DNA from: the human T2T-CHM13v2.0 reference genome, Homo sapiens
NCBI RefSeq assembly: GCF_009914755.1
Contig: NC_060927.1
Reading direction: 5' to 3' (one strand)
Length of the DNA stretch: 64,000 nucleotides
The notes beneath the pieces are model-generated. The model did no database searches. It saw only the letters and a list, made by a program, of their open reading frames with translations, and was not told where the DNA came from. Positions 38,901-51,904 of this stretch are shown here, piece after piece; the stretch's first letter is position 1, and each line of letters begins with the position of its first letter. The position numbers and the translations under genes were made by a program.

Positions 38901-41900
38901 TGAGATAGATGGCAACACAATAATAGTGGGAGACTTCAATACTCTACTGACAGCACTTGACATGTCATCAAGAAAGAAAGTCAACAAAGAAACAATGAAT
39001 TTAAACACTACCCTAGAACAAATGGACTTAACAGATATTTACAGAACATTCTACCCAACAACTGCAGAATATATGTTCTATTCATCAGCACATGGAACAT
39101 TCTCCAAGATAGACCATATAACAGGCCACAAAACAGGTTTCAATAAATTTAAGAAAATTGAAATTATATCAAGTACTCTCCCAGACCACAGTGGGATAAA
39201 ACTGGAAATCAACCCCACCTAAAGGAACCCTGAAAACCATGCAAATACATGGAAATTAAATAATCCGCTTCTGAATGATCTTTGGGTCAACAATGAAATC
39301 AAGATGGAAATTTAAAAATTTCTTTGAACTGAATGATGATAGTGACACAACCTATCAAAACCTCTGGGATACAGCAAAGGCAGTGCTAACAGGAAAGTTC
39401 ATAGCCTTAAATGCCTATATCAAAAAGTCTGAAAGAGCTCAAGTGGACAATCTAAGGTCACACCTCAAGGAACTAGAGAAATGAGAACAAACCAAACCCA
39501 AGCCCAGCAGAAGAAAAGAAATAATGAAGATCAGAGCAGAACTAAATGAAATTAAAACAAAAAAATACAAAAGATAAATAAATCACAAAGCTGGTTCTGT
39601 GAAAAGATAAACAAAATTGGTAGACCATTAGCAAGATTAAGCAAGAAAGGAAGAGAGAAGATCCAAATAAGCTCGATTAGAAAAGAAACAGGAGATATTA
39701 CAACTAATACCACAGAAATACAAAAGATTATTCAAGGCTACCATGAACACCTTTACATGCATAAACTAGAAAACATGGAGGAGATGGATAAATTCCTGGA
39801 AATATACAACCCTCCTAGTTTAAACCAGGAAAAAGTAAAAACTTGAAATGGTAATAAAAAATATTGCCAACAAAAAAAGTCCAGGACCAGACAGATTCAC
39901 AGCTGAATTTTATCTGACATTCAAAGAATTGGTACCAATCCTATTGACACTATTCCACAAGATAGAGAAAGAGGGAATCCTCCCTAAATCATTCTATGAA
40001 GCCAGCAACACCCTAATAACAAAACCAGGAAAAGACATAACAAAAAAAGAAAACTACAGACCAATATTCCTGATAAACATAGATGTAAAAATCCTTAACA
40101 AAACACTAGCTAAATGAATCCAACAGCATATCAAAAAGATAACCCACCATGATCAAATGGGTTTCATACCAGGGATGCAGGGATGGTTTACCATATGCAA
40201 ATCAGGTCAGGCACGGTGGCTCATGCCTGTAATCCCAGCCCTTTGGGAGGCCGAGGTGGGTGGATTACCTGAGGTCAGGAGTTCGAGACCAGCCTGGCCA
40301 ACATATTGAAACCCCATCTCTACTAAAAATACAAAAAATTAGCTGGGCATGGTGGTGGGCACCTGTAATCCCAGCTACTCAGGAGGCTGAGGCAGGAGAA
40401 TTGCTTGAACCTGAGAGGCGGAAATTGCAGTCAGCCGAGATCGCACCATTGCATTCCAGCCTGGGCTACAGAGTGAGACTCTGTCAAAAACAAAACAAAC
40501 AAACAAACAAACAAACAAACCACAGTGGCAAATCAATAAATGTGATACACCACATAAACAGAATTAAAAACAAAAATCAAATGATCATCTCAATGGACAC
40601 AGAAAATGCATTTGACAAAATCCAGCATCCTTTTATGATTAAAACCCTCAGCAAAATTGGCTTAGAAGGGACATACCTCAAGATGATAAAAGCCATCTAT
40701 GACAAACCCACAGCCAACACTATACTGAACAGGGAAAAGTTAAAAGCATTATCTCTGAGAAGTGGAACCAAAACAATGATGCCCACTTTCACCACTTCTA
40801 TTCAACATAGTACTGGAAGTCCTAGCCAGAGCAATCAGACAAAAGAAAGAAATAAAGGGCATCCAAATCCTTAAAGAGGAAGTCAAGTTATTGCTGTTGG
40901 CTGATGATATGATCATATACCTAAAAAACCCTGAAGACTCTTCCTAAAAGCTCCTAGAACTGATTAATCAATTCTGCAAAGTTTCAGGATACAAAATTAA
41001 TGTACACAAATCAGTAGCTCTGCTATATGCCAACAGTGATCAAACTGAGAATCAAATCAAGAACTCAACCCCCTTTACAATCCCTGTAAATAAATAAATA
41101 AATAAAAGACTTAGGATATACCTAACCAAGTAGGTAAAATAACTCTACAATGAAAACTACAAAACATTGCTGAAGGAAATCATGGATAACACAAACAAAT
41201 GGAAACACATCCCATGTGCAAGGATGGGTAGCATCAATATTGTGAAAATGAACAGACTGCTGAAAGCAGTCTACAAATTCAATGCAATTCCCATCTAAAT
41301 ACCACCATAATTCTTTGCAGGGTTAGAAAAAACAATTATAAAATGCATATGGAACCAAAAAAGAGCCCACATAGCCAAAGCAAGACGAAGCAAAAAGTAC
41401 AAAGCTGGAAACATCACATTATCTGATTTCAAACTATACTACAAGGCCATAGTCACCAAAACAGCATGGTACTGGTACAGAAATAGGCACATAGACCAAT
41501 GGAACAGAATACGGAATCCAGAAATAAAGCCAAATGCTTACAGCTGACTGATCTTTGACCAAGCAAACAAAAGCATAAAGTGGGGAAAGGACACCCTGTT
41601 CAACAAATGGTGCTGGGATAATTGGCAAGCCATATGTAGAAGAGTGAAACTGGATCCTCATCTCTCGCCTTATACAAAAATCAACTCAAGATGGATAAAA
41701 ACCTTAAATCTAAGACCTGAAACCATACAAATTCTAGAAGATAACATTGGAAAAACACTTCTAGACATTGGCTTAGGCAAAGACTTCATGACCAAGAACC
41801 CAAAAGCAAAAATGAAGATAAATAGATGGAACTTAATCAAACTAGAAAGCTTCTGCACAGCAAAAGAGACAATTAGCTGAGTCAACAGACAACCCACAGA

Positions 41901-42808
41901 GTGGGAGAAAATCTTTGCAATATATATCTGACAAAGGACTAATATCCAGAATCTACAAGGAACTCAAACAAATCAGCAAGAGCAAACCTTGACATGAATA
42001 GACAATTCTCAAAAGAAGATAAACAAATGGCCAATAAACATACGAAAAAATGCTCAACATCACTAATGATCAGGGAAATGTAAATCAAAACCACAATGTG
42101 ATACCACCTCACTCCTGCAAGAATGGTCATAATAAAAAAATAATAGATGGTGGCGTGGATGTGGTGAAAAGGGAACACTTTTACACTGTTGGTGGGAATG
42201 TAAACTACTACAACCACTATGGAAAACAGTGTGGAGATTCCTTAAAGAACTAAAAGTAGAACTACCATTTAATCCAGCAATCTCACTCCAGGGTATCTAC
42301 CCAGGAGAAAAGAAATCATTATACAAAAAAGATACTTGCACATGCATGTTTATAGCAGCACAATTCGCAATTGCAAAAATATGGAACCAGCCCAAATGTC
42401 CATCAATCAATCAGTGGATAAAGAAATTGTGGTATATATGTATACCATGTAATACTACTCAGCCATAAAAAGGAATGAAATAATGATATTTGCAGCAACC
42501 TGGATGGAATTGGAGACCATTATTCTAAGTGAAGTAACTCAGGAATGGAAAACCAAACATCATATATTCTCACTCATAAGTGGGAGCTAAACTATGAGGA
42601 TGCAAAGGCATAAGTATGATACAATGGATTTTGGGGACTTGGAGGAAAGGGTGAGAGGGGTGTGAGGGATAAAAAGCTACACATTGGGTGTAGTGTACAC
42701 ACTGTTTGGGTGATGGGTGCACCAAAATCTCAGAAATCACCACTAAAGAACTTATTAATGTAACCAAACGTCACCTGTTCCCCAAAAACCTATTGAAATA
42801 AAAAAAAT
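35962..42808 (+). mobile_element. Full-length L1PB (L1PB1-like) with disrupted ORF1 and ORF2
   Basis: 5'UTR ataggaggcaggactaacttgcagc; ORF1 remnant (37877-38083); endonuclease ORFs (38497-39222: ILTLNVSGLN, CCLQETH, GDFNT, SKIDH); RT remnants; L1PB 3' end caccaaaatctcagaaatcaccactaaagaactt; 21-bp TSD aaag(t/c)ccctgctcacttcata (35941-35961 / 42809-42829). Confidence 0.96.
40205..40520 (+). mobile_element. AluS inserted in L1PB ORF2
   Basis: ggtcaggcacggtggctcatgcctgtaatcccagc...; (CAAA)n tail; gcaaatca on both sides. Confidence 0.96.
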
Positions 42809-43959
42809 AAAGCCCCTGCTCACTTCATATCCACTGACATTCCACTGGGCAAAGCAAGTCACACAGCTAATGCATTGTCAGTGGTGTGAAGACGTACACT
42901 CTGCTTCTTTTAGACACTGCAGAGTCACATGGGGCACTGCAGAGTCATGTGGCAAAGGACGTGATGGGGTCAGGGAAGAGTTGGAAAGGTAATCCAACTT
43001 ACCACACTATGCCAGGCCCCATGGTCTGGGCAGCCTCTGGGCAGCCTGGGACAGCCAAACATCTGACTGTTAAAGAGATAAATTACCCTTGGTGGTGAAT
43101 CATCTTTCTGTGAATTACCAAAAGATGTCTTTTGTGGCAGGTTAATTATCAAAGGTGCCCCTTCCTTTAGAATAACACAGTCCCTAGTCTGGGTGTTTGG
43201 CTTGGCAAGCAGAGTACAGTCTGGAACTCAGCCTCCACTTGCTCCCTGGGTGGGTCACGTAGTGCAGGGGATGCTGCAGTCTGTGTGCTGTGACCCTGTG
43301 CACACCCAGCCAGTGGTTTATAGGGCCTAGGAAAGTACCTTTGTCATGACTGACTCTAAGCTATGCAGGTTGGAGCAGTCTGGGATAGCTTTTTTGTTGT
43401 TGTTGTTTTTGTTTTTGTTTTTGTTTTTTTTTGATAGACCCAAGTTAAAAGGCTTATTATTATTATTATTTTTTACTTCACTTTTAGAGAAGAAATGGGA
43501 ATTTTTTCCTTTTCAAAAGTCACCTTGCCTGTCAACCACATAGGCCAAAGCTAATGTAGAAGAAACTGATGGCTGTGGAACCTCCCTAATTGTAGAGTAG
43601 CACACATGTCTTTGAAGAAAGGCCCTGTTCTTCTTTCCCTGGGAATGACCACATAACCTGCAATTACCCTCGCCTTCTAACGTCAGAGGAAATGCCACAC
43701 CTCTTCACATAACAGTAATAACTGAGTCTGACCATGCAGGAGGCTCCTGAGTGCCATGGTCCGCATTGACTGGTTCTGCAGTGTAGAGGAAGTGGGCAGT
43801 GTGCTCCATCACTGTCCTACAGTTTTTGTGGTGGCCAGATGAGGTCACAAGGTGTCATTCTCACCTTCGTCCTGCCCACTTATCAGAAATCTAACAAATA
43901 GATTGGAACTCCGGAGTCCCTATAGGCATGGCTTCTGTTTGGGTTGGGAGGTGAGACTC

Positions 43960-44437
43960 AGGCTTTGGTCCAAGGGATTATTGGCCCCAAATCCTTTACC
44001 CTATTCTACCTCCTCACCCTTGACATAGCCTCTTTGTGGGTAGTTCCCCACCCCTTGACTTTGACCAATGATACATGGGCAGAAGCGAGGATGTGTCACT
44101 TCCAAGCCTAGGCCTTAAGAGGCCTTGGATGTTCCTGCTTTTTCTCTGTGCCTCAGAGAGGCACCCCTGGGTAACAACATTCCCCTTAGTCTGGTCCTGG
44201 GAGTGGATACTTGTGGAGTAGATATGAGCCAAACCTCAATGAGAGCCAAGACCAGCTACACTCACAGTTTGAGGCAGAGCCACTCAGCCAAACCCAGTCT
44301 CATCAGCCAACCTCCTGCTGACCCCTAGACACATAGGCCCACAGATCTGTGGATGCATAAATGAAAATGCATGATTGTTACTAAGGTTTGGGGTGATTTG
44401 TTATATAGCATTATTGCAGCAACAATTAACTGATACA
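43960..44437 (+). mobile_element. MLT1-family LTR
   Basis: gtgtcacttccaagcctaggccttaagaggccttg...tttggggtgatttgttatatagcattattgcagcaacaattaactgataca. Confidence 0.75.
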
Positions 44438-45419
44438 TTTGTTTTTTAGTAGATTGCCACAGTATATTGACCTTGGATGCCAGCCATGGCTGGGGCACAG
44501 GAAGCGCCCCAGCAGAGAAGCCACTCTCTTTTTGACTTCAGGGACAGGATCTGCATGAAGGAGAAAGTGTGTGACTCAATTAAGATACAATTAAGATCCT
44601 CCTCCATGGTCTCCCTTTTATCTAGTGTCCTCATTATCCTGGTTTCTTTTCTTCTTGCTGTGGGGATGGCACTGCCGTTGCATGCTGATGAGCATGTCTG
44701 TGGCCCAACTTCTGAACTAGAGATTTCTGAGTAATTAATTTGGATTTAAGCTTCTCTAGCCAGCCCTTGATAGACCCAAGATTGAGTGCATTGGAAGGCA
44801 TTGATTTCTCCTCGGCATTTTTTTGGTGCTTAGAGGTCAAGAGTCCATTTGGTACCTGCCTATCTAAAGTGAGTTTCAAAGTGAGTTTTGAAAAATATGC
44901 CATTGTTTCAAGCAACTTGGCCTACTCCTGGGATCCCAAACCCCTCCCCAGTGCTATGAACGTTTTTGCATTTCATCTCTACCATTTTGTCACAGAGCAA
45001 TTTGACCTCATGAAACTATAGAGTACTGGCTGGGCATAAGGCTTGGCTGGAGCTCAGGCAGAGTACGGGCATCTTGACACAAGGCCCTTACTAATTTGAA
45101 TAGAGTGATGAGCAGGTAGAAATAAAGATGTAATTCCAAAAGACGAGTTGAGAATTCACTCAAGAACTAACAGCCCCAGTTTTGAACATTGTTGTTTGTG
45201 GATATACAATGTACTCTGATTTTTCCTATTTCCAAATCTCCTTTAAGACCTAGTCTTCCTAGATTTCATCAGATTAAGTAAAACCACTCTTGCTCTGAAA
45301 TTATGCAGCGCTTACTACAATGGCTTTCAAATTTTTGCTGTGTTCCAGGGTAAGAAATGAATTTGGTGTATTAGTTCCACACATTTTTATATAAGTCTAG
45401 TTTAAAGTTTTACTCTATG

Positions 45420-46915
45420 TTCTCCTAGAGGTAGACCTTGAGACAAGGGCTCATATGCAAGTGGTTTATTTGGGAGATGATGCCAGGAAAGACCAGGGAA
45501 GAAGAGAAGTGAACCTGGAAAGGAAAGGGGGACATTAAAGGGTGCATTATCAACAGTTGCTTAATTTCCCTGGGAAACACTGGGAAATAGTTTTGTGGGA
45601 ACCAGCCTTCAAGTTGGCCCCAGCAATCCTCGCCTACTGTATTCATACCCTTGTTTAATCCCCTCCCACACGAACCATGTGTGTGCCTTGTTTGGCCAAT
45701 AGAACATGCTGTCTGTGGTCAGCAGTCCTTGAGATGGCCCCAGTTATCCCTATCTCCTGGTAGTCATACCCTTGTATAATCCCTTCCCCAAGAACATGGG
45801 CCACTTATAACCAATAATAAGCGAGTCACTTCTAGCCGATAGAATATGGTCAAGGTAATAAATGTCAATTGTGAGATTAGGTTACAGAAAGACCCTGGTT
45901 TTCTTCTTGTTTGTGCTCTCTTGGTCTTTTCCTCACTGGATCCGAGGAAAAACCAGCCACCGTTTTGTGAACTGCCCTATGGAGAGACCCATGTGGTGGA
46001 GGAAGTGAGGCTGCCAACAGCCAGGGGAGTGAGCCTAGAAGTAGATCCTCCCTTAGTTGAGCCTTGAGATGCCTGCAGCCTCAGCCAGCACCTTGAGAGA
46101 GAGCCTGCAGCCTCAAGAGAAACCTTGAATCAGAGGCACCTAGATAAGCTGTCTCCAGATTTCCTGACCCCTAGAAATTATGAGTTAATCATTTTTTAAA
46201 GCTGCCAAGTCTTGGGGTAATTTGTTTTGTAGCAATAGATAATCAATGCAGTATCTGACTTTTGAGGCTAGGTCATAAAAGACATTGCTCTTCCCACTTC
46301 GATCTCTCTTTCTCTTGGATTACCAGCCCTGGGGGAAGCCAGTCACAGATCATGAGGAGACTCAAAATGTCCTATGGAGAGGTCCATGTGGTCATGAGCT
46401 GAGGCCTCTTGCCAACAGCCAGCACCAACTTGCCAGATACGTGAATAAGCCATCTTGGAAGCAGATCGTTCAGTGCCGTCAAGTCTTTGGTTGGCTGCAG
46501 CCCCAGAAGACATCTTGACTACAATCTCATGAGCAATCTGGACCCAGAACCACCAAATTAAGTTGCTCCTTAATTTCTGACCCAAGGAAAGTGTAAAATA
46601 GTGAAGTTATTGTTATATTAAGCTGCCATATTTTGGGCGTAAATTGTTTTGCACCAAAAAATAATGAATGTAGCATAGAACAAGAGACTCAGAGTTATCC
46701 TACCTAAGTAGAGGAGCTGGGGTATTTATACACCAATACCCATCTATCAATGGATGAGAGCTGTTTCTAGGGTCTATTAATTCTCCAGCAGTTCCCTGTG
46801 GGCACAGAGGGCTTCAGTGGCCAGAAGAAGCCTGCAGGCAAAGAGATCCAGATGTCGGCAGTTGGAAGTCAGGCCTGGGTGTACCGAAAAGTAAGGGTGA
46901 GGGGATATGGGATGG
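45420..46915. mobile_element. Nested LTRs: LTR16-like, containing MLT1F-like (~45593-46672), containing a second MLT1E/F-like LTR (~45714-46250)
   Basis: Two MLT1 starts (tgtgggaaccagccttcaagttggcccc; tgtggtcagcagtccttgagatggcccc) and two MLT1 ends; LTR16 sequence on both outer sides. Confidence 0.65.
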
Positions 46916-48508
46916 GTTGCTCACGGGACTTGCTAACTTGCAAACTCAGTTGAAATTTCATCTACATCACTTCCCTCCTCCCAGGCAAGCTTGGAGTACC
47001 TACTCCTTCTTTAGGGCTTGGTCCCTCCAGGGTGGTTTTCTGGTAGAAGGAAGAGGAAAAGGACAAGCATCTCTTTATATAACTGTGCCCATCTCTGATG
47101 TTCCCTTTGTTGGATGGTGGTGGTTCTTGGGCCAGCAATGACTGGTTGTTGATGCCCTCTGTGGCAGGAGTTCAAAGGCTAGACCTCCTTGCAGTGTGCG
47201 TGTCTAGATTTTCTGAATGGCCCTGTGTCAATTCCCTGATGGATATTCACCTCTTCAACTTCCACTCAGCTTTCACTACTGCCTCCCTTTGACTGGTGGG
47301 CAGCCCTGTTGGGTGGAGTAGAGGCAAGATAAGTCAAGTGCAGCCACTTTAGGTGATGTTGCTTGACTTTTGGGGGAATCACATCATCAGCCTCACCAAA
47401 ATGCTGAGGTGCAGGTTGTTCTGGGCTTTTCTCTGCCATGTACCTCCTCTTCAGGAGTATGCCCTGCTAGGGTGGACACAGGACACAGGGCATTCCCATC
47501 TTGCAGTAATCTCAGATCTTTACCACTGATACAGAGCCCTTTCCATTGTCTTCTAAATGGGAACAGCACTCACACCTCTCGGGAGGAATCATTTCTCATC
47601 CAGCACTACTTTCCAGTTGGTGACTCAGGTGTGCATCCCAGCTTCTGTTTTTGGAGCAACAGAAAAAAGTCTTGCCAAGTACCCTGTAATACAAATAAAA
47701 TGCTTTCACAGTGCTGGGCAGTGGGTACTCCACGAATGTTCATTTCCTGCCTCTTCTCAGTGATGACAATGGAGGTTGCACAGGTGTGGTTGGCTTGAAG
47801 ACATGAGGTTTAATACAATAGGCTCAGAGAGAGGGAAAGAAAAGAGCTCATGCATTCTTGGCTCCTAGTGCAGAGCGTAGCATGGAATGGGTGCTGTAGG
47901 TATTCACTGAAAGAATGAAAAACATAGCTGATGTAGGAGTCTTTTCAACAGAAAGCAAATGCATAGAGGCACAGAGGTCCATAGCGCCATCCTCTGGGAA
48001 GACACAGGGTGGTGGCCTTACCCTGTTCATCAGTGGCCAGCTCCTTCAGGCCAGGAACCTTTCCTTCCCAGCCTGGCTTCCGTTATTGGGCACCAAGCCG
48101 CTGCCATCCCACTTGCTTTTTTTTTCCCTGTAAAATGTGGCCATAGCCAAGTCCCTCACCATACACCCTCCCTTCCAGAGGAAGGCTGCTCAGGCTCCCT
48201 CCCCGTTCCCTTTCTTCCTTCTTTTCTTGTTCCATCCATATATTTCTGTATCTACTACAAAGGTCAGAAAAACAAATCAATGAAGAGAAGGACCCAATAA
48301 TCCTAAGACCTGACTCAGGGATGGGAGGTGGCGAGGGAAGCCACTCAATAAAATGAAAGAGAATTAAAAAATTCCCTGAACAAGGCACAGCGTGGGGTCC
48401 CGATCAAAGGACCAGGCAGCTTTGGTCCTGTGTGCACGAGCTGGATGCTCTGAGGCTGGGGGAGAGATGGGCTTCCAGGCCTCGGTCTCCCTCCCTGTTT
48501 CCTTTCCA

Positions 48509-48602
48509 TCACACACACAAAAACACATACACACACAAAAAAACACATACGCACACATTCATTCTCTCTCTCTCGCTCGCTCTCTGTCTGTCTCTCTCTC
48601 TT
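48509..48602. repeat. Imperfect (CA)n / (TC)n simple repeat
   Basis: Directly visible. Confidence 0.85.
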
Positions 48603-49662
48603 CTTGGACCACCATTTGTTAAGGAAACATCTGACTATGGATTTCAGGAGTCTGGGAAGCAGAGGGAAGAAGACATTGACAGCTTACTTATTTCCCTGTA
48701 GAGGTCCCATTTGCCAACGCTGCTCCCAAGATCTCCACCCACTACAAGAGAAGTACCAGGTCAAGGGTATTGATAGTGACTGAGGAACAGAACGTTACAA
48801 ATCCCACCTGGAATTTTCTGAACCTACCTTGAAAGAAGGTATGAAAATAAAAGCTGGTGGATCTTAAAAGAGCTAAATCAGCTTCTAAAGTCCCTTCTTT
48901 GTGAACAGCAGCTCTTCCATGAAGTCCTTCCTGACACCTATCACTCCCTAACCCCCACGGAGCACTCTTTCCTCAGAGCATCCACTATACTCCAGTACTC
49001 TTCTACCAGAGCACCGGGGTTGCATTATCATTTCTCATTATTTGTCTGTCCCATTCTATTCTAGGAGGGTCGAGGGTAAAGCAGATCAACAGCAGACTGC
49101 CTGAGCTCAAATTGAGCCACCAGCCCTTACTGGCTGTGTCATCTTGGACAAGTAACTCAACCTTAGTTTCCCCATCTGTAAGCCTTTGTGGCTTTTCTCC
49201 TCCAGGTTCTATAGCCTCTGTTCTTCTCACAGTTTTTCATGTAACATGGCTTCCAAAAACCCCAAAAAGGTTTTTTTATTGTTTGTTTTTTGTTTTTTGT
49301 TTTTAGCAAGAACAGCATCATCAGAATAAGACTAGAAGTTCCTCACTTTGGGAAGGCTCCCTTGGATGTATATGTTCTAGCATGTTTGCTATCAAGGGAC
49401 ACATCACTTTATGCTTATTGTGCAGAGCTATAGAAAATATGTGGACTTCCATATATTCCTAGGTAGAGAAGGCAACATATGTGCATGTCTATGTTTATGT
49501 GCATGTTTGTGTGTGTGTGTGTATGTGTTGTGTGTGTGTGTGTGTGTATGGGTATATGTGATTCTTTCCCTGCTTGTTTCCAGAGTTTGGAGGTGGCTAG
49601 CTGATTGAAACAGAATAAAGATTATGGGAAGGATGCAGAAATAGATACTTTAAGATTTCTGA

Positions 49663-49980
<318 letters not shown>

Positions 49981-50390
49981 ATTTGGCTGTTTTTTTGTTT
50001 GTTTGTTTGTTTGTTTGTTTTTAAGTTAAAATTCTAAAGGAAACCTTCTTGGTTACCATGTTTTATTGGGAGGAGGAAAAATGGTTTTACTTGCTGTCCC
50101 TAACTATTTCTTGCTTCCAATAGGTCAGAGAAATGGCAGCTGGATCCAGGAAGATGAGAAATTTGAGCAGGCTTAGAAGTTGGCAGCCTACAACACATTG
50201 ATTTGTGTCTTTTTTTTTTTTTTTCAAGCCTACCTTTTCTTTGTCTTTTTCTGATTTATAAAGCTACAAAACCAAATATAAATCTTGTATTTGTAAGCCA
50301 CTTTCCACATTATTCATCTAATAACCCTCTGTGTGGCATACACATTATTTTTTCCATAAACTGAAGCACCATAGAGGGTGAGAATGACTT

Positions 50391-51080
50391 GTCCATTATT
50401 TGGATATACAATTTATCTATTCATTCTTTTATTGATAGACATTTCAGCTATTTACACTTAGGGACTTTTATAAATAAAGTTACTATGAACATTATTGTAC
50501 AGGTCTTTTTGTGCATTTGTGTTTTCATTTTTTGCCAGGTCATATAATAGGTGAATGCTTATTAGAAATTGATCACCAGTTTTCCATAATGGTTTTTTAC
50601 CAGTTTACATGCCCACAAGTGGCGTCCAAGGGTTACAGTTCACTACATCCTCATCAATGCTTGGTATTGCATCTTTGGTTTTAGCTATTCTTGTGGGTAT
50701 GCAGATGTAATTCATTGTGGTTTTAATTTGTATTTCCCTGATGGCTAACAACTTTGAGCATTTTATTACATGTGACCTGGCCATTTGAATATCTTCCTCA
50801 GCACCAAAAGGAATGAACTATTGCTATTCGCAATAACATGGATTAATTTCAAGCACACTGTGTTGAGTTAAAGAATCCAGACACAAAAGAGAACCTACTG
50901 TATGATTCTATTTTTATGCAATGAAAGAAAAGACAAAGCTGATATATAGCGACAGAGGTCAGAATAGTGTCTGCCAAGGAAGATGGAGGTGTGGAGGGTG
51001 TGTTGATGAATGGGTCATTAGAGAAGTCTCTGGGGGTAATGGGAGTGCTGTTGATCTTCATCTGGGTGAAGATTACACAG
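50391..51080. mobile_element. Old L1M element with a 5' inversion (antisense 50391-~50796, sense ~50797-51080)
   Basis: Antisense ORF2-end/3'UTR segment abuts the sense segment ctcagcaccaaaaggaatgaacta... Confidence 0.7.
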
Positions 51081-51599
51081 GATTTGTTTCCTCTGGCTTT
51101 ATGAGCTCAACCTGGTCCTGTGCCAGAACATCTCTGTGTGTGGTCACCGAAGGCCAGTGGCTGACACGCCCTGCTCCACCAGCCCAGGAGGAGGCCAGAG
51201 AAGGGGGCCTGGCAAGCCAGAGAGCCACATTCTGCCTTCTCCCATAGTATTAGCATTTGCTTCATCATATAACTAAGCAAAACCACTTCACCCAGTTGTT
51301 CATTTTGTACATTGTACAAAGTTACATGGCAGAAGAAGTGAGTAGGCACTGGAATCCAGCTGTAGGCCCTGGCAGTTTCAGATCAGAGCAGGTGCCCTTT
51401 CCTAAACATCCTCTGAGAGGGAAGCCTTTTAAAAATTTTGTAGAAAGTCATGCTTTAAGCTAGCATGGCATTGTGGCTAATGTTGGGTCATAAACAGCTG
51501 TTCGTAAGCAAAGTTTGCCTTGGTACTTGTTGAAATGGCAGTTTCTAATCACTTCGGTGGGGAGACATCTCTTCCTAAAATAGAGGCACATTTGGGGAG

Positions 51600-51904
51600 T
51601 TTTTTTTTTTTTTTTTTTTTGAAATAGAGGCTCGTTGTATTGCCCAGGCTGGGGTATAGTGGTGTAATCTCAGCTCACTGCAGCCTCCACTACTGGGCTC
51701 AAGAAATTCTTGTGCCTCAGTTGCCCACGTAGCTGGGATTATAGGCATGCACCACCGTGCCTGGCTAATTTTTTTTTTTTTTTTTGTAGAGACAGGGTTT
51801 CTTCATGTTGGCCAGACTGGTCTTGAACTCCAGGCCTTAAGCGATCTGCCTGCCTTGGCCTCCCAAAGTGCTGGGATTATAGGCGTGAGCCACAGTGCCC
51901 AGCC
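51600..51904 (-). mobile_element. Alu SINE (AluJ/old S)
   Basis: Poly-T and Alu body; tttgggg on both flanks. Confidence 0.93.

Noticed and set aside
40260-40874. 204-aa Alu-L1 RT fusion ORF
   Set aside because: Chance in-frame read-through from an inserted Alu into a dead L1 ORF2; non-ATG start
47980-48000. CTCF-like motif (reverse complement ccagaggatggcgct)
   Set aside because: Two core mismatches; cannot be supported without ChIP data
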